This document shows positions 1 to 8,698 of a DNA stretch of 24,836 nt, one piece after another (position 1 is the stretch's first letter; the number at the start of each line of letters is the position of its first letter). Source of the DNA: a virus (Duplodnaviria; Heunggongvirae; Uroviricota; Caudoviricetes). The stretch is taken from positions 1-24,836 of IMG/VR virus record IMGVR_UViG_2703718834_000011. One strand, given 5' to 3'. The notes beneath the pieces are model-generated. The model was not told the DNA's origin. It saw only the letters and a program-made list of their open reading frames with translations, and ran no database searches. The translations under genes were made by a program, and so were the position numbers.

Positions 1-1053
1 TTACGGGGTAATGCCAACCGCTGCCGCCACTTTGTCGCCACTTGGCAGCGTTGCCAGAGGATTGAAACGGAGCGCCGTTTCCAGATGATCCGGTGCCAGA
101 TGTGCGTAACGCATAGTCATTTTTATATCGTGGTGTCCGAGAATTTTTTGTAAGGCCAGAATGTTTCCACCCGACATCATGAAGTGCGCCGCAAACGTAT
201 GGCGCAGAACGTGTGTGAGTTGACCGCGAGGGAGCACGATAGACGTTTTTTCCATCACGGATAAAAATTGAAAATAGCAGTCTGTGAAGAAATTGAACCC
301 ATCAAGCGCCATGATCTCTTCGTAAAGCTCTTTACTGATAGGGATGCTTCTGTTTTTCTTCCCCTTCGTTCTTACAAAGGTAATTCGGTATTTGGTCACC
401 TGTGAACGAGTAAGATTTACGGCTTCTCGCCAGCGAGCGCCTGTGCTTAAGCATATCTTAACTACCAGTGCTAGAATTGGGTCCTGACGTTTGCAATCAG
501 CCAGTAATTCAACAATCTGCTCATGGGTAAGCCATGCCATCTCTTTTTCTGCGATGGTGAATTTTCGCATGTTCTCCAGTGGGTTCGGATACGACCATTC
601 GCCCAGACGGGATAGTTCGCTAAAAACACTACTTAGATAGCTTTGCTCCAGGTTAATGGTGACCGGGCTTGCTCCTTTCTTCCATTTCTCGCTGAAGTAG
701 ATCTCGCCTGTCAGGCGTTTATCTCGATAGTGGGCAAACATTTTAGAGGTGAGATCGGTTGCAAGAGGATTGCCCAGAGCGTCAACCATCAGCAGCAATT
801 TGTCATAGACATGCTGCCCAGCAGTCAGAGATTTACCATGTAGTTTGAACCATAGCTCAACCACGTCTTTCAGGGTTCGACGATCCACTGATTCGCCCAG
901 CCATGGCTTTGATTCGGTTTCTTCCATAGTGTGACGCTCAAAAGCCAGAGCTTCGCCTTTGGTGGCGAATTGTTTACGCACACGACGCCCACTTCGTCCG
1001 GCGGGGTAACATTCGCAAAGCCATTTCCCTGTGGTGAGTTTTCGTACTGCCAT
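1..1053 (-). CDS. int: Tyrosine integrase (P2/186-type site-specific recombinase); window begins at its stop codon
   Basis: Translation from MAVRKLTTGKW... aligns by eye with P2 Int; C-terminal catalytic region LSTGARWREA ... HVLRHTFAAHFMMSGGNILALQKILGHHDIKMTMRYAHL shows the R..HxxR..Y tyrosine recombinase signature. Start set at ATG 1051-1053 (GGAGGG RBS upstream) rather than the ORF-track 1209. Confidence 0.88.
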   Translation of the reverse strand: MAVRKLTTGKWLCECYPAGRSGRRVRKQFATKGEALAFERHTMEETESKPWLGESVDRRTLKDVVELWFKLHGKSLTAGQHVYDKLLLMVDALGNPLATDLTSKMFAHYRDKRLTGEIYFSEKWKKGASPVTINLEQSYLSSVFSELSRLGEWSYPNPLENMRKFTIAEKEMAWLTHEQIVELLADCKRQDPILALVVKICLSTGARWREAVNLTRSQVTKYRITFVRTKGKKNRSIPISKELYEEIMALDGFNFFTDCYFQFLSVMEKTSIVLPRGQLTHVLRHTFAAHFMMSGGNILALQKILGHHDIKMTMRYAHLAPDHLETALRFNPLATLPSGDKVAAAVGITP

Positions 1054-1241
1054 AAAAAATGCCCTCCAGTAGAGAGCATTTTTACTGTATGTATAACCAG
1101 TGTCAATGTATGAAATCCTACGACCATACATCTCACTGAAGCCATAATGAAGTTGGCTATTCTTTTTGCTATGTGAGCATGTAACTTTTGCGGTTAACCT
1201 GCGGCTCATTTTTATTTTAGACGCAGGTATAAAAGCAAAAG

Positions 1242-1433
1242 TTATCGTGAGTTTTTAGTACAGATTTTTTTGGATTTACTAATAGTTCCATCATTACAAA
1301 CGAATTTGCCATCTGAGGTACAGTGAGAAACACCTCCCTTTTTCCCTGAGCAGGGATAATTTCTAGCATAGGTAGTTAGTGGGTTTAATAACAAAGAACA
1401 TGACAAAACCACAAAAAATACCTTACCAAGCAT
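1242..1433 (-). CDS. Small cysteine-rich protein with N-terminal signal peptide (63 aa), hypothetical
   Basis: [35 protein letters not shown]... has a hydrophobic N-terminal leader and several Cys in the mature part; strong RBS GGGAGG 6 nt upstream of ATG at 1433; sits between cI and int in an AT-rich stretch. Confidence 0.4.
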   Translation of the reverse strand: MLGKVFFVVLSCSLLLNPLTTYARNYPCSGKKGGVSHCTSDGKFVCNDGTISKSKKICTKNSR

Positions 1434-1448
1434 AGTTTCCTCCCGGTA

Positions 1449-2018
1449 CTATTTAACATACTTGACTGTTAAACTTATAATTTTACCAATTATTTCAATG
1501 TCTTCTATCTTACATTCGAAGGCTCTGTTTCCACCCTCGACGAAGATTCTTCCACCGGGTAAACGAGTAATGTCACGGATCGTTACTTCGCCATCAATAC
1601 TTATTACCCATTTACCATCACGTATATCATCAAATTCTTTATCACAAATAAATTCAGAATTGTTATCTGTGATGACAAAAGGTTTTTTAAACGTAGAGGG
1701 TAGAAATCCCTTATCAAAAATATAAAAACCGTCTTCACGCAAGGCACCATCAGATAATACATATTTAGCAACTTCCATAGTATTTGTATTACCTGAAGTT
1801 TGCTTTGAACCATGTCCGGTTGTGAGCCAATTAAGCGAGGTGCCCGTTTCAAGGGCGCACTGGATTACCCATTCTGCTGGGAATGAGTCACGCATGTAGC
1901 GTGTGGCGAGTGTACTTTTAGAGATTCCTAAATGATCGCACAACGCCTGTCGAGTTTTGAATCCATAAGCTTCTACCATGCGCTCTATAGCGCCTCGTCC
2001 GCCTTTCTCCAAATTCAT
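1449..2018 (-). CDS. cI: Phage 186-type CI immunity repressor (N-terminal HTH, C-terminal oligomerisation domain)
   Basis: About 189 aa; N-terminal ...EAYGF...LCDHLGISKSTLATRY... and C-terminal ...RLPGGRIFVEGG..FEC.I.DI. resemble 186 CI as I recall it; much larger than the 99-aa P2 C. Start set at ATG 2016-2018 (ORF-track 2024 is GTG) with GGAG RBS. Confidence 0.8.
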   Translation of the reverse strand: MNLEKGGRGAIERMVEAYGFKTRQALCDHLGISKSTLATRYMRDSFPAEWVIQCALETGTSLNWLTTGHGSKQTSGNTNTMEVAKYVLSDGALREDGFYIFDKGFLPSTFKKPFVITDNNSEFICDKEFDDIRDGKWVISIDGEVTIRDITRLPGGRIFVEGGNRAFECKIEDIEIIGKIISLTVKYVK

Positions 2019-2043
2019 GGTCACTCCAAGTGAACTTTTATCT

Positions 2044-2071
2044 TGACGATTTCATTGTGCGATCGTATGTT
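2044..2071 (+). promoter_or_regulatory. Candidate rightward early lytic promoter (pR-like): TTGACG-N16-TATGTT
   Basis: TTGACG at 2044-2049 and TATGTT at 2066-2071, in the divergent cI/apl intergenic region about 70 bp upstream of apl. Confidence 0.4.
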
Positions 2072-2143
2072 TGTGGTGTTCACAAAATACAAACGATCCG
2101 TATTCGTCCTGATTAATCATCATTAAACGAGGAATGTTGCATC

Positions 2144-2365
2144 ATGAGACCTAACATTTCAATCACTCTTACCACGCCTCATGTGACTATTGAGCGCTAT
2201 AGCGAGCTGACAGGGCTGTCCATCGATACCATCAATGACATGTTGGCTGATGGACGCCTTATCCGTCACCGTTTGCGCAAAGATAAAAAACGCGAAAAAG
2301 TGATGATCAACATAGCAGCTATGACCGTTGATGCGCTTTCAGAATGCAATCTAAACCTTAATTAG
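2144..2365 (+). CDS. apl: Apl/Cox-like small HTH protein (excisionase and switch regulator), 73 aa
   Basis: First gene of the rightward operon, facing cI; putative [24 protein letters not shown]; GAGGAA RBS before ATG 2144. Position matches apl of 186. Confidence 0.6.
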   Translation: MRPNISITLTTPHVTIERYSELTGLSIDTINDMLADGRLIRHRLRKDKKREKVMINIAAMTVDALSECNLNLN

Positions 2366-2397
2366 TTCGATTCTGAAATACATCAGAGGCATTGACC

Positions 2398-2907
2398 ATG
2401 TTTGATTACCAAGTTTCCAAACATCCACATTTTGATGAAGCCTGTCGTGCATTTGCACTGCGCCACAATCTGGTGCAACTGGCAGAACGTGCAGGCATGA
2501 ATGTGCAGATTCTGCGGAACAAGCTGAACCCAGCTCAGCCTCATCTATTAACCGCACCAGAAATCTGGCTGCTTACCGATCTGACTGAAGATTCAACGCT
2601 GGTAGATGGTTTTCTGGCACAGATTCATTGTCTGCCATGTGTACCGATTAATGAGGTGGCAAAAGAGAAACTGCCACATTACGTCATGAGTGCAACCGCA
2701 GAGATCGGGCGTGTTGCTGCAGGTGCGGTATCTGGCGATGTAAAAACCAGTGCAGGTCGTCGTGATGCTATCAGCAGCATTAACTCTGTAACACGACTGA
2801 TGGCGTTGGCTGCTGTTTCATTGCAGGCCCGTTTACAGGCTAACCCTGCGATGGCGAGTGCAGTTGATACCCTGACCGGCCTCGGAGCTTCATTCGGTTT
2901 GCTGTGA
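2398..2907 (+). CDS. cII: CII-like lysogeny establishment activator (186 CII family)
   Basis: [24 protein letters not shown]...[16 protein letters not shown]...[25 protein letters not shown]... is near-identical in pattern to my recollection of 186 CII. Start set at ATG 2398 (track start 2392 is TTG). Confidence 0.85.
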   Translation: MFDYQVSKHPHFDEACRAFALRHNLVQLAERAGMNVQILRNKLNPAQPHLLTAPEIWLLTDLTEDSTLVDGFLAQIHCLPCVPINEVAKEKLPHYVMSATAEIGRVAAGAVSGDVKTSAGRRDAISSINSVTRLMALAAVSLQARLQANPAMASAVDTLTGLGASFGLL

Positions 2908-2914
2908 GGTGCTT

Positions 2915-3211
2915 ATGCTGACGAAAGAACCATCATTTGCATCGCTGCTGGTAAAGCAAAGCCCGGCAATGCACTACGGTCACGGCTGGATCATGGGTGA
3001 GGATGGAAAACGCTGGCATCCATGTCATTCACAAGATGAATTGCTGTCTGAATTGACCACGAGGAAACGGAGAAAGTCAAAATGTATGCAGCGGAAAGTG
3101 AAGTGGTTTATCAGTTTTGTTACAGAGGGGAGAGTTATTCAGTACCTGAAGATGATTTGCTCTGTTGTTATCCGTCGTTGTCGGGCGATGGCAGTTACTT
3201 TTTCACGCTAA
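2915..3211 (+). CDS. Hypothetical early protein (position of 186 fil/dhr-type small genes); 3' portion overlaps next ORF in another frame
   Basis: ATG 2915 with GAGGTG RBS; N-terminal MLTKEPSFASLLVKQSPAMHYGHGWIMGEDGKRWHPC looks protein-like; the C-terminal third looks like low-complexity out-of-frame read-through. Confidence 0.4.
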   Translation: MLTKEPSFASLLVKQSPAMHYGHGWIMGEDGKRWHPCHSQDELLSELTTRKRRKSKCMQRKVKWFISFVTEGRVIQYLKMICSVVIRRCRAMAVTFSR

Positions 3212-3306
3212 AGGATGGGACGTTTTTACGGGGAGAGCAGGTTAAAGAGACGGTACGAAAAAATGTATCTCCCCTTGAGCGTTACCGTAAGAACAAAGAA
3301 CGATAG
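3082..3306 (+). CDS. Hypothetical small early protein (74 aa), Cys/Tyr-rich
   Basis: ATG 3082 preceded by GGAG; MYAAESEVVYQFCYRGESYSVPEDDLLCCYPSLSGDGSYFFTLKDGTFLRGEQ... reads as a compact globular protein; overlaps the 3' end of the preceding ORF by about 130 nt. Confidence 0.45.
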   Translation: MYAAESEVVYQFCYRGESYSVPEDDLLCCYPSLSGDGSYFFTLKDGTFLRGEQVKETVRKNVSPLERYRKNKER

Positions 3307-3328
3307 GTGCGTTTGGGGGATATGAAGT

Positions 3329-3670
3329 ATGGCAATTAATGGCGCTGCGGCGACTGTTCCATTAAGCCCCGGAGAACGCCTGAATGGACTTAATCACATT
3401 GCGGAATTAAGGGCGAAAGTATTTGGCCTGAATATTGAGTCAGAGCTTGAGCGGTTTATTAAAGATATGCGTGATCCACGGGATATCAATAACGGACAAA
3501 ATAAACGGGCACTGGCTGCCATATTCTTTATGGCAAAAATTCCAGCTGAACGTCATAGCATCAGCATTAATGAGCTGACCACTGACGAAAAGCGGGAGTT
3601 GATTAAAGCAATGAATCATTTTCGTGCAGTGGTGAGCTTATTTCCCAGACGGCTAACCATGCCGAATTAA
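3329..3670 (+). CDS. Hypothetical early-operon protein (113 aa)
   Basis: Complete ORF with ATG and purine-rich RBS; same strand and operon as cII/A; no recognisable motif. Confidence 0.5.
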   Translation: MAINGAAATVPLSPGERLNGLNHIAELRAKVFGLNIESELERFIKDMRDPRDINNGQNKRALAAIFFMAKIPAERHSISINELTTDEKRELIKAMNHFRAVVSLFPRRLTMPN

Positions 3671-3737
3671 CCAACTAATGAAATTAATGGCGTAAACCCG
3701 CCGGGCATCCCTTTATCTAAATTCAGGAGAATTGATT

Positions 3738-3971
3738 ATGCGTAATATTGAAACCCTCTCGACCAAAACCGGACCGGATGACGCAGGGCTTAATATTTTA
3801 CTGACAGAGGCTCGTCTGGAAGAACGCCGGGCAAGGGCTGAAGCAATGACAGCTCGCCTTGATAGCCTGGCGTGTCATATCACATCCCGCCAGCTAACCC
3901 ACGTCGAAGCGGCAGAACTGCTTCGTGTGACTGCTGAAGCAATCCAGAACGAAGCGCAGGAGATCCACTAA
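3738..3971 (+). CDS. Hypothetical early-operon protein (77 aa)
   Basis: ATG 3738 with AGGAGA RBS (track start 3732 is TTG); stop overlaps the start of the next gene (TAATG). Confidence 0.5.
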   Translation: MRNIETLSTKTGPDDAGLNILLTEARLEERRARAEAMTARLDSLACHITSRQLTHVEAAELLRVTAEAIQNEAQEIH

Positions 3972-4198
3972 TGGCTGATGCAATGGATCTCGTACAGCAG
4001 CGCGTTGAAGAAGAACGCCAACGCCATATCCGTGCTGCCCGTGCCAAAACGCCGGGCGTGTCCCGCGTGCTTTGCATTGAGTGTGAAGCGCCAATTCCGC
4101 CAGCACGCCGCCGTGCCATTCCGGGTGTGCAGCTTTGCATTACCTGTCAGGAAATCGCAGAGCTGAAAGGCAAACATTACAACGGAGGTGCTGTATGA
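3971..4198 (+). CDS. TraR/DksA-family C4 zinc-finger protein (P2 orf82-like)
   Basis: CIECEAPIPPARRRAIPGVQLCITCQ gives CxxC-N17-CxxC; 75 aa; stop TGA overlaps the dam start (ATGA). Confidence 0.75.
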   Translation: MADAMDLVQQRVEEERQRHIRAARAKTPGVSRVLCIECEAPIPPARRRAIPGVQLCITCQEIAELKGKHYNGGAV

Positions 4199-5052
4199 GC
4201 ACCATCCTGAAATGGGCGGGAAATAAAACTGCCATAATGTCCGAACTGAAAAAACATCTTCCTGCTGGCCCGCGACTGGTTGAACCTTTCGCGGGTTCCT
4301 GTGCTGTGATGATGGAGACGGATTATCCCAGCTATCTGGTTGCGGATATTAATCCTGATTTAATCAACCTCTATAAAAAGGTTGCCGCTGATTGTGAATC
4401 GTTTATATCTCGCGCCAGAGTTTTATTTGAGATCGCAAACAGGGAGGTGGCTTATTACAACATAAGGCAGGAGTTTAATTACTCAACTGAAATTACTGAT
4501 TTCATGAGAGCGGTATATTTCCTGTATCTCAATCGTCACGGTTACCGTGGTTTATGTCGCTATAACAAGAGCGGGCATTTCAACATTCCCTACGGTAATT
4601 ATAAAAATCCGTATTTCCCTGAAAAAGAAATTCGCGCATTTGCAGAAAAGGCCCAGCGAGCAACGTTTATCTGCGCCAGCTTTGATGAAACGCTGGCGAT
4701 GTTGAAGGCGGGGGATGTGGTGTATTGCGATCCGCCGTATGACGGTACGTTTTCCGGCTATCACACTGACGGCTTCACTGAAGATGACCAGTATCACCTG
4801 GCATCTGTTCTTGAACATCGGTCATCAGAAGGACATCCGGTCATTGTTTCTAACAGTGACACATCCCTGATCCGTTCGCTGTATCGCAATTTTACTCACC
4901 ACTACATCAAGGCAAAACGCAGCATCGGTGTGGCAGCTGGCGAGGGTAAATCAGCAACAGAAATCATTGCTGTTTCCGGGCCGCGCTGCTGGGTGGGATT
5001 TGATTATTCGCGTGGCGTGGATAGTTCTGCCGTGTACGGAGTACGTGCATGA
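4195..5052 (+). CDS. dam: DNA adenine methyltransferase (Dam-like, GATC N6-adenine MTase)
   Basis: [11 protein letters not shown]..., FAGSCAV (AdoMet-binding motif I) and DPPY catalytic motif (CDPPYDGTF). Start at ATG 4195 with GGAGG RBS; the ORF-track N-terminal extension from 4135 overlaps the TraR-like gene and is rejected. Confidence 0.85.
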   Translation: MSTILKWAGNKTAIMSELKKHLPAGPRLVEPFAGSCAVMMETDYPSYLVADINPDLINLYKKVAADCESFISRARVLFEIANREVAYYNIRQEFNYSTEITDFMRAVYFLYLNRHGYRGLCRYNKSGHFNIPYGNYKNPYFPEKEIRAFAEKAQRATFICASFDETLAMLKAGDVVYCDPPYDGTFSGYHTDGFTEDDQYHLASVLEHRSSEGHPVIVSNSDTSLIRSLYRNFTHHYIKAKRSIGVAAGEGKSATEIIAVSGPRCWVGFDYSRGVDSSAVYGVRA

Positions 5053-7463
5053 GTCATGCCGATATGAACAACTGCTGCGGCTTTAACGAAGCTGCCGCAT
5101 CGTTCTCATGGAACAGCCCGAAAAAGGCCATTAACCCTTATCTGGACCCGGTGGAAGTTGCGCCGGTTTCTACGCTTTCAAACCTGATCACTCTGTACAC
5201 TGCCGATAACGAGCAGGAACAGCTGCGCCGTGAGGCGCTGAGTGATCAGGTCTGGGAGCGTTATTTCTTTAATGAATCCCGTGATCCTGTCCAGCGCGAA
5301 ATGGAACAGGATAAGCTCATTAGTCGGGCAAAGCTGGCGCATGAGCAGCAGCGTTTTAATCCGGATATGGTCATTCTGGCGGACGTCAACGCCCAGCCTT
5401 CCCATATCAGCAAGCCGCTGATGCAACGTATTGAATACTTCAGCAGCCTGGGCAGGCCAAAGGCTTATTCCCGCTATTTACGTGAGACGATTAAGCCATG
5501 TCTGGAACGACTGGAGCATGTACGCGACAGTCAGCTATCTGCATCTTTTCGCTTTATGGCAAGCCATGAAGGGCTGGACGGCCTGCTGATCCTGCCTGAA
5601 ATGAGTCAGGATCAGGTGAAACGCCTGTCCACCCTGGTAGCTGCGCATATGAGTATGTGCCTTGATGCCGCTTGTGGCGATTTGTATGCCACCGATGACG
5701 TTAAGCCAGAGGAAATCCGCAATACATGGGAAAGGGTGGCAGCGGAAACCCTGCGTCTGGATGTCATCCCGCCTGCGTTTGAGCAACTCCGTCGGAAAAG
5801 AAACCGCCGTAAACCCGTGCCCTATGAACTCATTCCGGGTTCGCTGGCGCGTATGTTGTGCGCCGACTGGTGGTATCGGAAATTATGGAAGATGCGTTGC
5901 GAATGGCGGGAAGAGCAGTTGCGTGCAGTCTGCCTTGTCAGCAAAAAAGCATCTCCTTATGTCAGCTATGAAGCCGTGATGCATAAACGTGAGCAGCGCC
6001 GTAAGTCGCTGGAGTTTTTCCGTTCTCATGAACTGGTGAACGAAGACGGCGACACGCTGGACATGGAGGATGTGGTAAACGCCAGCAGCAGCAACCCAGC
6101 GCATCGCCGCAATGAGATGATGGCCTGTGTTAAAGGTCTGGAGCTTATCGCGGAAATGCGCGGTGACTGCGCCGTTTTCTACACCATCACCTGTCCGTCA
6201 CGTTTCCATTCCACGCTAAATAACGGCAGGCCCAACCCAACCTGGACAAATGCGACGGTAAGACAAAGCAGTGATTATCTGGTCGGCATGTTTGCTGCAT
6301 TTCGTAAGGCGATGCACAAAGCCGGATTGCGGTGGTATGGCGTGCGGGTGGCTGAGCCGCATCATGACGGTACAGTTCACTGGCACCTGTTGTGTTTTAT
6401 GCGCAAAAAAGACCGCCGCACCATCACTGCATTACTGCGTAAGTTTGCCATCCGTGAAGACCGCGAGGAGCTGGGCAATAACACTGGGCCGCGCTTTAAG
6501 TCTGAGTTGATTAACCCGCGCAAAGGTACGCCAACAAGCTACATCGCGAAATACATCAGTAAGAACATTGACGGGCGTGGTCTGGCTGGCGAGATCAGCA
6601 AGGAAACGGGGAAATCCCTGCGTGATAATGCTGAATACGTTAATGCCTGGGCGTCTCTGCATCGTGTTCAGCAATTCCGCTTCTTTGGCATTCCGGGGCG
6701 TCAGGCTTACCGTGAACTGCGATTGCTGGCTGGTCAGGCGGCAAGGCAACAGGGGGACAAAAAAGCAGGTGCGCCGGTACTGGATAACCCGCGCCTTGAT
6801 GCCATTCTGGCTGCTGCTGATGCTGGTTGTTTTGCCACCTACATCATGAAGCAGGGTGGCGTACTGGTTCCCCGCAAATATCACCTCATCAGAACTGCTT
6901 ATGAAATCAACGAAGAGCCGACCGCCTATGGCGATCACGGCATTCGTATTTATGGCATCTGGTCACCTATTGCAGAGGGCAAGATCTGCACTCATGCCGT
7001 GAAGTGGAAAATGGTTCGTAAGGCCGTTGACGTTCAGGAGGCGGCAGCCGACCAGGGCGCTTGCGCCCCTTGGACTCGTGGCAATAACTGTCCCCTTGCT
7101 GAAAATTTGAACCAACAGGAGAAAGATAAATCAGCAGATGGGGACCCCAGAACGGATATTATCAGCATGGATGACAAGGAGTTGCACGATTTCCTGCACA
7201 GTATGAGCAAAAAAGAGCGCCGGGAACTGGCAGAAAGGCTACGCCTGGTTAAACCGATACGGCGTAAAGACTACAAACAGCGAATTACAGACCATCAGCG
7301 ACTGCAGCTCGTCTATGAGCTGAAGTCCAGAGGATTTGATGGTAGCGAGAAAGAGGTCGATTTACTCCTTCGCGGCGGCAGTATTCCGTCAGGAGCAGGC
7401 CTGCGTATCTTCTATCGGAACCAGCGTTTGCGGGAAGATGATAAGTGGCGGAACCTGTATTAA
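5049..7463 (+). CDS. A: Replication initiation protein A (rolling-circle HUH endonuclease, P2 gpA / 186 A family)
   Basis: 804-aa ORF with HUH-type motif GTVHWHLL and tyrosine-containing motif YIAKYISK; position after the early operon matches P2/186; start ATG overlaps dam stop (ATGA). Confidence 0.9.
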   Translation: MSHADMNNCCGFNEAAASFSWNSPKKAINPYLDPVEVAPVSTLSNLITLYTADNEQEQLRREALSDQVWERYFFNESRDPVQREMEQDKLISRAKLAHEQQRFNPDMVILADVNAQPSHISKPLMQRIEYFSSLGRPKAYSRYLRETIKPCLERLEHVRDSQLSASFRFMASHEGLDGLLILPEMSQDQVKRLSTLVAAHMSMCLDAACGDLYATDDVKPEEIRNTWERVAAETLRLDVIPPAFEQLRRKRNRRKPVPYELIPGSLARMLCADWWYRKLWKMRCEWREEQLRAVCLVSKKASPYVSYEAVMHKREQRRKSLEFFRSHELVNEDGDTLDMEDVVNASSSNPAHRRNEMMACVKGLELIAEMRGDCAVFYTITCPSRFHSTLNNGRPNPTWTNATVRQSSDYLVGMFAAFRKAMHKAGLRWYGVRVAEPHHDGTVHWHLLCFMRKKDRRTITALLRKFAIREDREELGNNTGPRFKSELINPRKGTPTSYIAKYISKNIDGRGLAGEISKETGKSLRDNAEYVNAWASLHRVQQFRFFGIPGRQAYRELRLLAGQAARQQGDKKAGAPVLDNPRLDAILAAADAGCFATYIMKQGGVLVPRKYHLIRTAYEINEEPTAYGDHGIRIYGIWSPIAEGKICTHAVKWKMVRKAVDVQEAAADQGACAPWTRGNNCPLAENLNQQEKDKSADGDPRTDIISMDDKELHDFLHSMSKKERRELAERLRLVKPIRRKDYKQRITDHQRLQLVYELKSRGFDGSEKEVDLLLRGGSIPSGAGLRIFYRNQRLREDDKWRNLY

Positions 7464-7555
7464 TTACGCGGGTTAACAATTCGTGCTCTAAATAATACCC
7501 GGTATATCAGGCTGATGAACGTAAAAAAACGTTTTACATCAGTAAGATTATTGTA

Positions 7556-7575
7556 TACTGTGAATATAAACAGTG
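7556..7575. promoter_or_regulatory. LexA (SOS) box TACTGTGAATATAAACAGTG, with a degenerate second half-site immediately downstream
   Basis: CTGT-N8-ACAG spacing with AT-rich centre; overlaps a possible promoter (TTTACA 7533-7538, TATACT 7554-7559); about 40 bp upstream of the ATG at 7617. Confidence 0.55.
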
Positions 7576-7616
7576 GTTATATATACAGTATTGCGTGTGG
7601 TGTCATAGGAGGAAAA

Positions 7617-7805
7617 ATGCAGGACTATTTTTTGGAGTCTTTGAAGCTCCAGCGCATTGATTTTTTTCTTAAGCTTGTCGCGGCTAGTGAGTGTAGTGAT
7701 GAAGAGAAGGGGCTGGCTCTGCAGTGGGTTTCTGAATTGACTGATGAACTTATGGCAAAAATCAGAACTCACGAATACAACCGCTCAATGGATGTCATCA
7801 GTTGA
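7617..7805 (+). CDS. Small hypothetical protein (62 aa), first gene of a LexA-box-preceded pair; possible Tum-like antirepressor module
   Basis: ATG 7617 preceded by AGGAGG; the ORF-track upstream extension (7515) would run across the LexA box and is rejected. Confidence 0.45.
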   Translation: MQDYFLESLKLQRIDFFLKLVAASECSDEEKGLALQWVSELTDELMAKIRTHEYNRSMDVIS

Positions 7806-7815
7806 GGTGACTTTT

Positions 7816-8049
7816 ATGCGCATTGAAATAATGATCGATAAAGAGCAGAAGATTAGCCAGTCTACCCTGGACGCCCTTGAATCCGAGCTTTACCGCAATC
7901 TGCGCCCCCTGTATCCCAAAACGGTAATTCGTATCCGAAAAGGTAGCTCTAACGGTGTGGAACTGACCGGACTGCAACTGGACGAAGAAAGAAAACAAGT
8001 GATGAAAATTATGCAGAAGGTGTGGGAAGACGACAGCTGGCTGCATTAA
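7816..8049 (+). CDS. DinI-family protein (DNA-damage-inducible protein I-like), 77 aa
   Basis: MRIEIMIDKEQ...LDALESELYRNL...KQVMKIMQKVWEDDSWLH aligns by eye with E. coli DinI (MRIEVTIAK...IDALAGELSRRI...ISEILQETWESADDWF); GAGGTG RBS; start at ATG 7816. Confidence 0.72.
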   Translation: MRIEIMIDKEQKISQSTLDALESELYRNLRPLYPKTVIRIRKGSSNGVELTGLQLDEERKQVMKIMQKVWEDDSWLH

Positions 8050-8138
8050 GAAACGTTGCTGGCATCAGTACTTGATTCTGAAGCCAGCAAGGTTGAACAA
8101 CGAGCAGGGCGAGGCGTTAGTGTTATCATCAAAGAATT

Positions 8139-8696
8139 TCACATAAACATCTGGATTTGCTCGTTTTTTAGTTGGTTGATTTTTTCGCGCAATCTGATCT
8201 TTTCATCAGCTTTTTCCAAAGAGGCTGGTGACATGCAGTTAATCAAAGCGTCAAGGTGCTCTGGAGATTTGATAATAAAGAACTTTTTGTATTTATTAAC
8301 AAAAACGACAGAGCATTTTTTACGTTTAAGAAGCTCAATCACGTTACTCAGAGTACCCGTGCTCTTCGTATCCCAAACCATTAATCCATAATCGGCTTCT
8401 TCTGCCATTTTGAGATCTTTCGCAGTGAAAAACGCGCGAGTGCCGGCTGCATGGCTAGTACTTACTACATGTACAGGCCATGAGCCAAGATTATTGCGCG
8501 GTTTTTCTGAGCTACTGAATACTGTGGCTTTTTTACATCCAAGTTCTAGCAATACGCGTTGAACAGATGAATCAACACCATTGGCATCACCAACTACAAT
8601 ACGAAAACGCGAGTTAACAATTTTTTTCAGACGATCCACGATGAGTGTGTCAAGGTTTTTGATGGTTATTGAACCAGCAACAAATACCGTAGTCAT
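8139..8696 (-). CDS. SLOG / DprA-like Rossmann-fold protein (about 185 aa), downstream partner of the PRTase gene
   Basis: VFVAGSITIKNLD...RIVVGDANGVDSSVQRVLLELG...GLMVWDTKSTGTLSNVIELLKRKKCSVVFV resembles the DprA/LOG fold (compare DprA VVSGLARGID ... SGSLITARLALEQG). Start set at ATG 8694-8696 (GGAG RBS), 2 nt after the PRTase stop; the track start 8708 is TTG. Confidence 0.6.
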   Translation of the reverse strand: MTTVFVAGSITIKNLDTLIVDRLKKIVNSRFRIVVGDANGVDSSVQRVLLELGCKKATVFSSSEKPRNNLGSWPVHVVSTSHAAGTRAFFTAKDLKMAEEADYGLMVWDTKSTGTLSNVIELLKRKKCSVVFVNKYKKFFIIKSPEHLDALINCMSPASLEKADEKIRLREKINQLKNEQIQMFM

Positions 8697-8698
8697 CA

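Noticed and set aside
643-1145. Short ORFs on either strand inside the integrase gene (643..843 +, 870..1145 -, 931..1113 +)
   Set aside because: Embedded in a well-supported CDS; no RBS and no coherent protein features; typical out-of-frame noise.
1054-1209. N-terminal extension of the integrase ORF to 1209 (402 aa)
   Set aside because: The conserved integrase N-terminus begins at MAVRKLTTGKW (ATG 1051-1053) with a GGAGGG RBS; the extension has no homology pattern or RBS.
4135-4194. Upstream extension of dam to 4135
   Set aside because: It would overlap the TraR-like gene in another frame; ATG 4195 has a GGAGG RBS and starts the conserved MTase N-terminus.
7515-7616. Upstream extension of the 62-aa ORF to 7515
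   Set aside because: It would be translated across the LexA box and promoter region; no RBS; the ATG at 7617 has an AGGAGG RBS.
8054-8090. 8-bp inverted repeat (TTGCTGGC ... GCCAGCAA) downstream of the DinI-like gene as a terminator
   Set aside because: Stem is short with a 19-nt loop and no U-tract; too weak to call.
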